Below the pieces are notes generated by a model that saw nothing but the letters and a program-made list of their open reading frames with translations, was not told the DNA's origin and ran no database searches. A stretch of DNA of 64,000 nucleotides from Eledone cirrhosa. Lineage: Eukaryota. The position numbers and the translations under genes were made by a program. The stretch spans positions 48,856,001-48,920,000 of the forward strand of contig OZ024746.1 of the NCBI GenBank assembly GCA_964016885.1, in the 5' to 3' direction. Shown here in pieces: positions 1 to 14,110 of the stretch (position 1 is the first letter of the stretch; each line of letters begins with the position of its first letter).

Positions 1-92
1 GTGTAAATTCCAATGAGAGAGTCTTGTGTCTATGTTAGAAACCGACTCTCTCTCTATTGGTAAAACTTTGTGAAATTATAAAACCAGAAGAA
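1..92 (+). mobile_element. 3' end (3'UTR hairpin) of an R4/Dong-like non-LTR element, ending in (CATA)n
   Basis: Near-identical to 3612-3702, the 3'UTR of the RLE-coding fragment; CCAATGAGAGAGTC...GACTCTCTCTCTATTGG stem. Confidence 0.75.
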
Positions 93-103
93 CATACATA
101 CAT

Positions 104-2913
104 GCTGGCTGCCAACTCATTTTCGAGTACGGCCACTACTTTATATCCATGTAGAAGAACCCCTACCGATGCGCTGACCGAGTGTGGTTTTTAGTCCAGC
201 CAGCGTCTTGAAAACTCTGTTACAAACACTACACTTGTGACAATTATTGACACCTAGTGCTGGGCCCATGGCACCATGTGACCCAAGGTGTCGTGTGAGA
301 TCACTACTCGACCTGCATACCCTTCCACAAACATCACATGTCGTCGTCTGATCAACACATATAGCTCCACAGGTGCCTGCTTCCCTGTTCTTGTGCACTC
401 TCAGGTGACTCTTTAGACCTGCCATGCTCAGACAAACCCTATTACAGGTCTCACATGTCAGGTCAGGCCGTTTGTCAGTGCCTTCGGGAAGGCCAACATG
501 GATTCCTTTCCGGACATCTCTTTTTAGTGTCGCGTGCCTTCTTCTTGTTTCCTCAAATAGACTCTTGCCACTAGCCACTGCTTTCCTCCAATGCGATCGG
601 TCGCTAACGCATGCTTCCCAGTGCTCACAAGGGATGTTACTTTTCTTGAGCGCCCCTTGATGCAGTCCTTAAAACGCATCTTGGGTTTGCTCGCGTTCCT
701 TTTTCCCATTTGGAGCTCGCCATAAAACAGATGCTTCGGCATTCGCTTGACATTCATCCTTACAATATGGCCTGTCCAGCTCAGCTGATGTTTCAAAATC
801 AAGGACGCAACACCATCACAGTCACTTCACACAAACATTTGCCAAGTTATGCCGAGGATCCGACGTAAGCAGTCGCTTCATCTGTCTACGGTAGACCACC
901 CACGTCTCGCAAGCATAAAGAAGTGCCGCGAGCACACACGCATGATACACTTTGAGCTTTGTCTTTACCGAAATTCCGTGTTGAGACCAGAGACGCTTGT
1001 TCAGTTTTCCAAAAGCATCACTGGCTTTCTGTATCCTGTTTGATATTTCCCCATCAAGATCGCAGGACATACTCAGAGTGCTTCCAAGATATACAAAACT
1101 GCCAACGACCCTTAGCCGTTCACCATAAACCAAGATGTTGGGCCCACAACATGGCTTTCCAGGGGCTGGTTGGTACATGGCTATTGTCTTTTTCAGGCTT
1201 ACGGTAAGTCCCAATGCAGTACACGCATTAGAAAATGCATCCATGAGATGCTGCATATCAATCTCAGTGTGCGCTACCAGGTCACAGTCATCTGCATAAA
1301 GCAAATCCCTGATTAGTGACAAGTGAACCTTTGATGTAGCATTGAACCTCCTGATATTAAACAGCTTTCCAGTTGATCGATAGCGAACATATATACCATG
1401 ATTGCAGTTCCCGAAGACCTGTTCGAAGACAATGGAGAAGTACAAAGCAAAGAGCGTTGGAGCTGGAATGTCACCCTGTTTGACTCCATTCTCGGCCGTC
1501 ACCGGCTCAGAGAGCTTTCCACCAACATTTACCCATGCCTTCATGTCATCATGGAACAAACGCAAAATTGAAACAAACTTCTCAGGGCACGCCAGCTTCC
1601 TCAAGATATCCCATAAAGCCTTTCTGTTGACCGTGTCAAACACCTTTGTCAGATAAAAAAACACCTGGTAGAGATCCACATTCTGCTCAACACACTTTTC
1701 CTGTAGTTCTCTGGCTGTAAAGATCATGTATACAGTGCCACGCCCAGCCCGAAAGCCCGATTGCAACTCTGGTAGAGCTTCATCAGCAATGTGGAGCAAT
1801 AGACGGTCCAACAGAATTCTACAGAGAACTTTGCTGACGACAGACAACAGTGATATCCCACGATAGTTTCCGTAGTCATCCATGTCTCCCTTCCCCTTGT
1901 ACAAAACAACCATCACAGCATCCCTCCAGTCATCGGGAACATGATTGTTGTTCCAGGCATCCAGAACCAAAGAATGAAGTCGGTGCAAGAGATTCTCTCC
2001 ACTGAGCTTCAAGATCTCACCATACAGCCCATCAATCCAGGCGACTTCCCACCATTGAGTTTCCAGACAGATTTTTAACCTCCTCGATCGTTGGAGGCTC
2101 AGCAAGGATTTACTTTACTGGCTTATCAGGTATCAACCTCTGAATCCCTATTGAGAAGCTCGTCAAAGTGTTCCCGCCATCTCAACAGGATATCATTGGG
2201 ATCTCTAAGGAGCTGATTGCCATCCTTTGTCCTAAGAGGCGCAACTGGTGATGTAGGTGGTCCATACACTTCACGAAGAAGATTATACATTGCCTTAACG
2301 TCCTTCACATCCGACGCAAGTTGTATTTCATGGGCTTTGTCGTTCCACCACTTATTCTTCATTTCACGCAATTTTCGTTGCACATCAGCTTTTACGAGCT
2401 TCAGCTTATCAGCGATTGCCTTCTGCCGATCCGTGCTTAAATCACTACCAAGCAATGCGGAGTGGAGCATATGTTTCTCCTCCAAAAGCTTGGTCAAACC
2501 AATCCTGGTGCTTCTTATATCTGAATCCAACAACATCAGCACATGCCCCATAAACTGCCTCCTTAAAGGAAGTCCAGTCATTTCCGCACTTTAACGCGTC
2601 CATCATTTTAACCAGATTTTCTCTGACTTCAGGATTCTTCAGACGGGCAACGTTCAGCCGTTTAGGGAGTGATAGCCCTCGCCGTTTCTCCCTTTTACGA
2701 ACTACACATCTTGCTCTTGCTCTCACCAGACGATGGTCGGTCCAACACTCTGCCACACGCATCACACGAACATTGCACAGATGCTGTACATCCCGCCGCC
2801 TCACAAGGACATAATCAATCAGGTGCCACTATTTCGATCCAGGATGCATCCATGTTGTCTTGTATTTGTCCTTCTGTTGGAACATAGGGCTGCCAATGAA
2901 CAAGTCCAGCTCA
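104..2913 (-). mobile_element. RTE-clade LINE, 5'-truncated and frameshifted (end of APE endonuclease, RT, C-terminal C2H2 fingers)
   Basis: ORFs 2819-3043/2445-2804 (KTTWMHP, CWTDHRLV), 2126-2581, 822-2105 (NYRGISLL, QSGFR, GVKQG, LYADD, FVYLGS), 524-802 (WTGHIVRM..PK..FYGEL), 141-578 (C2H2 motifs). Confidence 0.92.
822..2105 (-). pseudogene. RTE reverse transcriptase domain (fragment of disrupted ORF)
   Basis: Non-LTR RT motifs including YADD; neighbouring frames continue the same protein. Confidence 0.9.
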
Positions 2914-2916
2914 GTG

Positions 2917-3026
2917 CATACATACATACATACATACATACATACATACATACATACATACATACATACATACATACATACATACATACATACATACATA
3001 CATACACACATACATACATACATACA
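2917..3026. repeat. (CATA)n microsatellite
   Basis: Direct reading. Confidence 0.95.
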
Positions 3027-3702
3027 TCCGATAATAAACACATTAAAAGCTACAACAATGTGGAAGACATCCATGTACCTAATATGAAAGAGTACTGGTG
3101 GAATGTTCCAGTAAAAACCCCAATAAAATGCAGGCATAACAGACCAGATATTATGATATGGGACAGGGAGAAGAAAACATGCACAGTAGTGGAAATTAGC
3201 TGCCCAGCAGATGCCAATATAATATCAAAGATTAGTGAAAAGGAGAATATTTATGCAGAACTGATGAGAAATCTGCAGATACTCCACCCTGATTACACCT
3301 TCAGATTTATGCCTGTGATTATTGGGGCAGTGGGGTATGTTAGTAACTGCCTCAATACAAATCTTGAGAAGCTAGGCTTCACAGGAACAGAAAGAACACA
3401 ACTAGTTAGGAAACTACAAGTACAATCCATTAATGGAACAGTAAAAATATGTAAAACATTCCAAAACGTTTGCATCTAATAACTGCATATACACATGTAC
3501 AGATACAAAGCATATACACATGCACACATACAACTCAAAACATACACATCCACACATACAATAACATCCATATCTACACATGCATACATACATATCTACC
3601 TAGTTGATGTTGTGTAAATTCCAATGAGAGAGTCTTGTGTCTATGTTAGAAACCGACTCTCTCTCTATTGGTAAAACTTTGTGAATTATGAAACCAGAAG
3701 AA
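3027..3702 (+). mobile_element. R4/Dong-like non-LTR element 3' fragment: restriction-like (PD-(D/E)xK) endonuclease plus 3'UTR
   Basis: WWNVPVKT..HNRPDIMIWD..VVEISCP..K.EK..Y..L..PVIIGAVG, stop at 3479; flanked by (CATA)n on both sides. Confidence 0.85.
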
Positions 3703-3728
3703 CATACATACATACATACATACATACT

Positions 3729-4260
3729 GTCAAACTAGGAAAATCTACAAGCTAATCTAGCAACACTTTATTTTTATCAATAGCATGACTGTGTTAACCG
3801 GTATCTGAGGAGGACTAGTATAGATATTTAGGGATAGATGAAAATATATCCTATGGTGGAATTTATAACAAAGAATTTATAACAAAGTTCGCCGGGAATA
3901 TAACATCTGAATAAGAAAAGTAGGGTATTCTGAACTCACTGCGCACAATAAATCAGTAGCCCATCATGTGTTTGCTATAACTGTGCTGACATCAACATGT
4001 TTAATAATTGACTGGACGTTAGATGAGATCTGGGCCATTAATGTTAAAACTCGAAAGGTTCTAACTAGGACCGAGCATTTTCACAACAGTGACATACACC
4101 GCCTCTACCTGAAATGTAAACAAGCAGGCAGAGGATTAACATAGGTCCAAGCAGCATTAGAGTGTCGCATTATATATCCCTCCGACATCATATCTTCCTC
4201 CAATCGTAGACGCCCATCTATAGAACAGATCTGTGTATATAAGGCAGATAGCATTATGAG
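3729..4260 (+). pseudogene. Degenerate R4/Dong-like RT thumb-region fragment
   Basis: Manual translation gives YLGIDENISY, ELTAHNK, WTLDEI..INVKTRKVLT, SDIHRLYL....GRGL, with stops and frameshifts. Confidence 0.65.
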
Positions 4261-5294
4261 AGTTGGTGTTTGTAAAATTGGTATAATCGGCTGTGAGATA
4301 TATGTATGTTGATTATTGTATGGCGACTATTTCAAGATGGCTGGAGAAAGATTGCTGTTGCTATACCAACATTGCTTATTCTACATAGCTTAGTCTACAT
4401 TAAATCCATGTTTCATGGGGTACTCCACCACAATGGAGAACTATTTCTCAGACGCGTACTTATATGGGTGCAATTGAGTATCAAAAATAGAATATGTTGT
4501 GTATGGGTTTATACTGTTAACTGACTTTTCTCAGTAGTGTTCCACACTGTTTAATTGACTAATCAATTATCATAACATTTTTAACAGCAGGACTTCGTTT
4601 GTACTTGTCTGTGCATCAAGTGAAGGGTGTGTGTATGTATGTATGATTTATAGTGTGTGATTAAATAGCATATGAATATTTTATATCACATCTATATTGT
4701 ATGCGTGCACGTTTATTTGTTCGTACATGTGTTGGCTTTACTTTTACGATACATTTGTGCGATTATTGATTGTATTGTTTTTGTTTATTAGTGTTTTAAT
4801 ATTTCAATAGTGTGTGTACAAGTATGTACGTGTGCGCTTTCATTGTGAACGATTGTTTTGTGTGTTCTAATGAGAAATAGTCATACACGCGGTTTATGTC
4901 GTAGGTATGGTCTATATTTATGTGGTTTTCTCTCACGAATATGTATGAATAAGTATGAATATATATATATAAGAAAGACAATAATATTCCACAGAGTTAG
5001 AAATGTAAGGAAAAGAAGTTTAAAATGCACTTTAGAGCTTTAGGGAAGATTTAGTTACAAAATCTCTCCTTACCGGTGTCACGATTTCTGTCAATTTAAA
5101 AATAAATCCAAGGAAAGACGTTGAGCTTTGATGTAATTTCTGGCGCCTAACTGGAGTTTGAAAATTTTTTTCATTTGTGGAGAGAACGCGGATAAAATTG
5201 CTATTTGTTTGAGATACAGGTTGATTCGTTGAGGATGGACTGGCAACATTGGTAGACCGTTGGCTAAAATACTCTTGCGATGTGTTTTTTTTTC

Positions 5295-6495
5295 TATCTC
5301 ACTCTTTGTGTTCGAATTCGGCTGAAGTCAGCTTTGTTTTTCATACTTCCATGATCGATAAAATAAAATACCAGTCAAGTGCTGTGTTAATTTAGTCAAC
5401 AATTTGCTGACCTTGTGCCTAAAGTAGAAATTAGCAAATTACTAAGAATAAACAATTTCCACAAATGTGGTAAGGGAAATAATTTGCTCGAACTGTACGT
5501 AATATTTGACTAGCTTTATTTTATCGAATCACCCCAGAAGAATAAACGAGACAATTCGCCTCAACAAGTTTTGAACTAACAACGGAAAATACCGCTCTAA
5601 CGACTCTGACAATACTCAATCTTAATGCAAGTCAGAAATAGTAAGGATTTTCAACATAGGTACAATGCCAAATTTTTATATGGTGGTATAACAACTTATA
5701 GCGAGATCAGTAATTAGCTGCTCTTTATATGATTGATTAGGCGATGAATTAGAACGCAGTATTCGTTCCGGTCCTTTGTTCTCTGAGTTCAAATCCCGTC
5801 GAGGTCAACTTTGCCATTCATTCATTTAAGGTCGATAAAATAAGTACTAGTCATTATGGGATCGATGCTACCTCTATATCCCTTTCTCAATTCATTTGTC
5901 TCACACTCTACTCTTCTTTGAAAGAATCTGCTGGATAGGAGATGCGCTCCACCAAGTTTAAAACTCTCCTAGAAACGCCGTACATTTATATGGCACCTCC
6001 GTAGTTACGGGTACATTCATATTTATATACTATTGATTCCAGAAACATAAAAATTCAAAAACACACCTTCTGGAATTTGAAACTCAGATCGTGAATTAGA
6101 ATAGCGAAATTCCTCAAAGAATTTTGACCAAGGCTCCAGTTCGACCGCCAGTCTGACTCACTAAATGATGTTTAATTTAATCAAAATTCTACAAATGTTT
6201 GGTTTGGGAGAATGACACAGTCTATGATATCACCTGCAGTAAATAACTAAAATATATTATCGTTAAGATTGACCGATGTTACATTTGAATTCATTGCATG
6301 TAAGAAAATAATTGTTTCTACTTTTAGCACAAGACCAGTGATTATCCCCGTGTATTACTGGTACTTTATTTTATCGACCCCGTAAAGACGAAAGGCAAAG
6401 TTAACCGCGGCGGGATTTGAACTCAGACCATAAATGGCCGTAACTCTTTGCTACAAAGCATGGCGTCAGACCCTCTACCGATACTACCAAGTACG
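5295..6495. mobile_element. Cluster of about 5 degenerate tRNA-derived SINE copies in both orientations
   Basis: Core GAGTTCAAATCCCG..GAGGTCAACTTTGCC..TCAT..GGTCGATAAAATAAGTAC at ~5785-5850 (+); reverse copy 6310-6490; weaker copies at ~5315-5430, ~5510-5610, ~6030-6150. Confidence 0.75.
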
Positions 6496-7183
6496 ACACT
6501 TTTACCTATTTTTCTAAATTAATCTGGATAACTTCACTTATGCGTATGTCATACGGTCCAGCGGTTCCAGTTCACCCTACCTAAAATAGATTAAAAAAAC
6601 ATCAACATCTGCTTTGAATCAGAAGCCATATGCCAATTATGGCACCTAAAATACAGTTTTGTTGGTTTATTTCTCTGTGGTGCACCATCTAACGTGGTTC
6701 TTAGAAAACGTAAGTAACTACCAACAGCACAGCTTCCTTATTTTAAGTTACATTCAACCATAATTATGTGAACACGATAGATTTAAAAAATGAAAATTTA
6801 GAATAAAATATGCTAAAATGGTGATGCGTAAAAATAGAAAAAAATCATTGTATCGCCAGTAGTCAAGAATATTTCAAACAAACACTAGATAGATCTGAAA
6901 ATATTATAACTATAGTTACCAAGCACCTTATGAATATTTAAGAAGTTCTTCCAACAGCTGCATGAAGGTCTGAAAGACAAGAATTATTTAGAAAATATAG
7001 TTTAGCATATAAAAGTAGAGATGATTCTAGACTATGTGGAAACATCCGAGGGAGCAATCAATAATCACACACTATGTTGTCTTTTCTTACTCTTCTCCCC
7101 AAATATATGTAAAACAGTGGGATGTCTATGTATGAAGTAAACTGTGCCAACACCGCAAAATGTAATATGCTAAACGGATAATC

Positions 7184-8055
<872 letters not shown>

Positions 8056-8989
8056 ATTGTTATACTTTGGGAGGGTCATGTTGCCAATAAGAAACATACG
8101 CACCAGTTGCCTTCACTTCAATTTATTATATATTTATAAATTTATAAATTTACAAATCTAAAAACTTATAAATTTCTGGTTGGTTGGTTGGTTCCACAAC
8201 CAGATAGTTGTTTATATATAGTCATAGACCTTTCGTCACACACTCTGTCACCTCTTCTGTGACTGGGGATTCCTTTCTTTGTTTCTGTGCCTTTCCTTTC
8301 TTCTGTCCTACGCCATTTTGTTTCTGTGTGTGTGTTGTGTGCTCAGTTTGCGCATGCGCCACATCCGGGTGTCTGTGTGTGTTTGTGTTCATTTATCTAT
8401 TTGTTTATTTATTTATTTATTTATTGTTGGTTGGTTGTTTGTTCTATGTGTGTGTGTGTTTTCATTTTGTCCTTAATTGTAAGTTGTGATGTTGCTGTTC
8501 CACTCATATTTTCTATTTAATTTTGGTTGTAATTCTTTTATGCTTACTGCCTCTGTAATTTGCCTAAACATTGCATCTTGTCTGTGTGTGGATTCTATTT
8601 TTATTTCTATGTTCTCTAATTTACCCCTGTGTTCTATCTTAGCATGTTGGTAGTGCACAGATGATTCTTTATTATCTTGAAGGTCTCGCCAGTGTTCACA
8701 ACAGACACACAGACACAAACAACAATAACAACAACACACACATCAACAACAACAACAATAGCAACATACCCAGAAACAACAACAACAGACACTCAGACAC
8801 AAACAACAATAACAACACACACAACAACGATAACACACACGGAGACAACAACAACACACGTCAACAACAGCACACATCAACAACAACAACACACACGCAT
8901 TCAATGCCTCTCACCACCAACACAATCTTAACAAACACACAGACACAGAAAACAAGTAATGACAGTAGCACAGAAATCAGAGAAATAAG

Positions 8990-11596
8990 GGAAAGTAATA
9001 AGATTAAAAGGAAAAGGAGATGGGAGACTAAGGACAAAGAGAATAACCAAGACGAACACACAGACACACAAAATAGGGTAGATAACAACATTGAGCCAGT
9101 GGAAAGAGACAGGAGTAATTATGAGAGACATAGAAACAACCATGAGGCTGTCGGTGGAAATAGAAATAGAAACAACACAACTAACAATAACAATAGCACT
9201 AGTACACATAAAGCAGCAGCCTGGAACTCTCCGTTTTATAATCCCTCCGATAAATCATTCGACCTGCGACGAGTCCACGCCACGAATTTACCATTTAACA
9301 AACGCACGCAGTTGCCGTAGCAGGTCGATGAACAAACAGAAGCACAATTTAGTATAGCTAAATCCGAACTTAGAAATATTATAGAACAGTATAGCAAGAA
9401 ACATAATAGAATAGAGGCCCAGCAACTGGGAGAAAAATCTGCAAATGGCTTGCGTAAGCTCATGCAGCGCTCACGTAATGGAGAGATAGCATGCTTTCCA
9501 ACAGACAAGTCTGGCAGAATGTCGGTTGACAGCCTGCCGAACTACATCCAGGCAATGCAACCCCACATCACTAACACAAGAGAGGTAACACCAGAGGAGC
9601 ATGAGGATAGAGAAAAAGCCCTCAATGCCCATATGGTGATGTAGACGAATATAATGCAGCCCAACCAAAGGACTGCCAACAACTTCCAGGCCTGGAACAA
9701 TGACGTGCCGGCGTTGTATGAGCTTCGAAAAGACCATAAAACGGGCTGTGACCCTGTCGCGGGACCACCAACACGGCCAGTCTGTGGAGCTAACATTGCT
9801 AGTAACTACAGACTGTCCTACTTCCTCTCCCTGATCATACGCCCCATCATTGAGATGTCCCCAGATGTATGTGACAGCACGGAGGACCTCCTCAGCAGAA
9901 TCGGCACGAGTAACCGATCTGGGGACCTAACAAACTGCATAATAGGCAGTATGGATGTTGTGTCCCTATTGACGTGGATTTTGCTGTGGAGAAATGCGTA
10001 GAAATGATCAGCGAGAGCAAGGTTGAGTTCCGTGGGATTGATACCAGTGAGCTGGGACTTTTACTTAAGCTTACCCATAGTAATAGTCACCTAGACACTT
10101 ATGACCTTAACAACCTGTGCCCTACAAGACCAGCAAGAGGCAGACCACCTACCATTACCTCAATGGCCAAGAAAACCCACACAGATAGATGGAACGGGTG
10201 GACCGGAGCCATACGGACACCCGAAAACCACGATGAACTGAAGAAAATAATTGCACATGCGGTAGGGGCCAGCATAAAATTAACCCTTAAGGAACATATG
10301 TTCAAATTTAATGGTAAAACATATGCCCAAGAGGAAGGAGCAGCCATTGGTGTTAGCATTGCAGGCGACATAGCTAACTTATTCATGGTATGGTGGGTCA
10401 GTAGACTTAAACAAAAACTTAAAGAACAATTAGAAGACAGCTTAACCCTGATAATGTACTCCCGCTACGTAGATGATATAAACATCGTAGTTAAGACACC
10501 CCCACTAAAGAACAGTCAGGAACTAGAGAAAAACACAATGGAAAGCATCCAGCAAATAGCAAACTCCATCCACCAGAGCATTAGAGTTACTATAGACTAC
10601 CCAAGTAGACACCCCAATCATCGATTACCTGTACTAGACACAGATCTCTGGTTAGATACCATTAACAACCAAAAACAAATCCTCCATTCCCATTATGCCA
10701 AACCCATGACTTCCAAACATCTGATCCACCGAAACTCGGCCATTTCGGACCATACCAAAATCAACATACTGATTGCGGATTTGGTACGGGTGTTGAGAAA
10801 TGTGTCCCGCATGTGCAACCCCGAAGAACTAGAGAGACACATACAACACTTCATCCACCGTATGCAGTTCTCTGGCTACAATCAGAGAGATAGAATCAGA
10901 GTGTATAGAGGAGCCAGAACCAAATGGGAAAAAATGGTAAATAATGACATAAATGGGACCTGCCCCTTGTATAGGAGCAAATTTTGGAATAGAATAGAAA
11001 GAACTAGGAACAAGGCCAATAGAATAAACTCATGGTATGATAGCAATAAATACCAGAGTGTAATGTTCATCAATACAACCCCTAGAGGCGAACTAGCCTA
11101 CAAATTTAGAAGGACCCTAAATAAACATAAACTCAATATTAAGATAGTAGAAAGACCAGGTACCTCCGTAAAAACACTTATTAGCAAGACATACCCGTTC
11201 CAAAGACCCTCATGTATAGATAAGAAATGTATAACCTGTAAAATAAGCCCCCATATTAACTGTAAAACTAGAAATGTAGTGTATAGCATAAGATGTACTG
11301 AAGGACAATGTAGAAACAAAAATATAGTGTACATAGGTGAGACAGCTCGTAGTATAGGGGAACGAATAAATGAACACTGGCGAGACCTTCAAGATAATAA
11401 AGAATCATCTGTGCTCTACCAACATGCTAAGATAGAACACAGGGGTAAATTAGAGAACATAGAAATAAAAATAGAATCCACACACAGAAAAGATGCAATG
11501 TTTAGGCAAATTACAGAGGCAGTAAGCACAAAAGAATTACAACCAAAATTAAATAGAAAATATGAGTGGAACAGCAACATCACAACTTACAATTAA
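8990..11596 (+). pseudogene. PLE RT-GIY-YIG polyprotein, disrupted (TAG at ~9320 and ~9644, frameshift at ~9968)
   Basis: Consecutive ORFs 8661-9320, 9450-9644, 9654-10001, 9974-11596; colinear with the 34005-36416 copy. Confidence 0.88.
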
Positions 11597-11804
11597 GGAC
11601 AAAATGAAAACACACACACACATAGAACAAACAACCAACCAACAATAAATAAATAAATAAATAAACAAATAGATAAATGAACACAAACACACACAGACAC
11701 CCGGATGTGGCGCATGCGCAAACTGAGCACACAGCACACACACAGAAACAAAATGGCGTAGGACAGAAGAAAGGAAAGGCACAGAAACAAAGAAAGGAAT
11801 CCCC

Positions 11805-11849
11805 AGTCACTGAAGAGGTCACAGAGTGTGTGACGAAAGGACTATGACT
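11805..11849 (+). ncRNA. Minimal type-I hammerhead ribozyme in PLE pLTR
   Basis: AGTCA-CTGAAGA-G-GTCACA/TGTGAC-GAAA-GGAC-TA-TGACT: stems I and II pair, core intact. Confidence 0.75.
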
Positions 11850-12069
11850 ATATATAAACAACTATCTGGTTGTGGAACCAACCAACCAACCAGAAATGTA
11901 TAAGTTTGTAGATTTGTAAATTTATAAATTTATAAATATATAATAAATTGAAGTGAAAGCAACTGGTGCGTGTGTTTCTTATTGGAAACATGACCCTCCC
12001 AAAGTATAACAATATCGGTTTCAACACACGATTTCAGATAAAGAATTGCTAAACAAATTCAGAAACGAA

Positions 12070-12667
<598 letters not shown>

Positions 12668-12738
12668 GTGTTCAGATATACTGATTTTGGTAGGAACAAA
12701 ACACAGACATAAAGGAATTCAATATTTATAATACAATA

Positions 12739-12922
12739 GGGCGGTGGATTGGCAGTATCGGTAGAGGGTCGGACGCCATGCTTTCCATCATAGTTACGTC
12801 CCTTTATGATCTGAGTTCAAATCCCGCCGAGGTTGACTTTGCCTTTCATCCTTACGGGGTCGATAAAATAAAGTACCAGTAATGCACTGCATAATTGTTG
12901 GCCTTGTACCTAAAGTAGAAAC
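12739..12922 (+). mobile_element. Full-length tRNA-derived SINE with 18-bp TSD
   Basis: A box TGGCAGTATCGG, B box GAGTTCAAATCC, central GCCTTTCATCC..GGGGTCGATAAAAT domain (resembles Meta/MESC-type SINE domains); TSD AATATTTATAATACAATA at 12721-12738 and 12923-12940. Confidence 0.88.
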
Positions 12923-13249
12923 AATATTTATAATACAATAAATATTACAATTTTATTTATTCAATTTTTTACAACACAGCTATGGTGTTTCACCAATGCA
13001 AATTTTGCTAAACTACTACACCTAGGTATTATCAAAGTTTTTAATATATATAGTTTTCTGGTGGGTGAATGGGTGAGAATTGTTACGAACTGAAAATGGG
13101 GCGTCGAATATATTGAAGTATCACAGAAGCCCTGGGTAGAATATGATATGGTCAATGGATTTGTCAGCAACAGCTATAGATTTTGTTGATTTGGTGCTAG
13201 CCAGATTAAGTGATATATAAAGTTATATGTATATGAACGCTTTATTGAA

Positions 13250-13468
13250 ATAATTGTTTCTACTTTTGGCACTGAAATAATGTCATCCCGACATAAATAA
13301 TAATTGTTTCTACTTTTGGCAAAAGGCCAGCAATTATTTTATCGACCCCGTAAGGATGAAAGGCAAAGTTAACCTCGGCGGGATTTGAACTCAGATCATA
13401 AAGGGAGGTAACTCTATGCTTCAAAGCATGGCGTCCGACCCTCTACCGATACTGCCAATCCGCCGCCA
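13250..13468 (-). mobile_element. tRNA-derived SINE (same family)
   Basis: Reverse complement of the 12739-12922 sequence, with duplicated tail. Confidence 0.85.
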
Positions 13469-13599
13469 AATGTATATCACTATACATAATTTAACAGTTG
13501 TAGAATAAACTGTCGGGCTGAACTGGTTCCACATCGTTTAAGCATCCTCAGTTTGCTCAGGGAGTTTTCTGAATTTAGATGAAACACTATTTGCATACT

Positions 13600-14110
13600 T
13601 AGTCTTGACCTCCTTACAGGTCAGCGCTTCGCACTTTATACTTTAGGTCGAGCTGGACCTGACAGTTCTGGGGATCTTGGCTTTAGGTAGTTTTAGGTTG
13701 CAGCCTAGTTAGTGATCAGTTGAGAGCTCAGCTCTTTTCTTAACTCGAATATCCAGAATCGAGAGAATCGACAGAATCGAAGACATTAGAGACTATAACA
13801 AATTCAATTACTTTTCTCTTTCCCTTAAACTATGTGTATTATGGATGTCTGTGCTAGAAGAAGGTGTTCGTAATAGAGAGCCCATTACAAGAACAGAAGT
13901 CTAATAAGGCATCTCCATTCGTATTTAGATCTGGAACGTAATACCTTCCAGTAACTCCTTTCTATGTCAGGTGGTCAGTGCTAACATGTGCATTGAAGTC
14001 TCCCATTAGGATATATGACTCATTCAAATATACATATAACGTTACAGTAATCTCATAATTGAAGGGTCTGCATTCGTTCTCTCCGTTTGGTGCATAAACG
14101 TACACTGTTC
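13600..14110 (-). pseudogene. Old LINE APE-endonuclease fragment (RTE-like)
   Basis: Manual minus-strand translation: VYAPNGENEC, YILMGDFNAHV, LLDFCSCNGLSITNTFF. Confidence 0.7.

Larger units (their letters stand above)
8056..12013 (+). mobile_element. Penelope-like element (C-terminal GIY-YIG; tentatively Nematis-like) with inverted 5' pLTR, inserted in (TA)n
   Basis: RT motifs SMDVVSL, QEEGAAIG, YSRYVDD, LPVLD, HYAKPM; EN NVVYSIRC..VYIGETARS..ER..EH; 8056-8698 is the reverse complement of 11371-12013. Confidence 0.93.

Noticed and set aside
3621-3671. Hammerhead in the R4/Dong 3'UTR
   Set aside because: CCAATGA...GAAACCGAC lacks the CUGA core and NUH site; a simple hairpin explains it
8473-8739. 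Separate GIY-YIG-like gene on the minus strand
   Set aside because: It is the inverted pLTR copy of the PLE C-terminus (11371-11596)
8990-11596. Selenoprotein-encoding or N-terminal-EN (Naiad-type) PLE
   Set aside because: The endonuclease is C-terminal and the in-frame stops are TAG, not TGA at Cys positions
12739-12830. tRNA gene
   Set aside because: A and B boxes are present but there is no cloverleaf; it is a SINE head with body, tail and TSD
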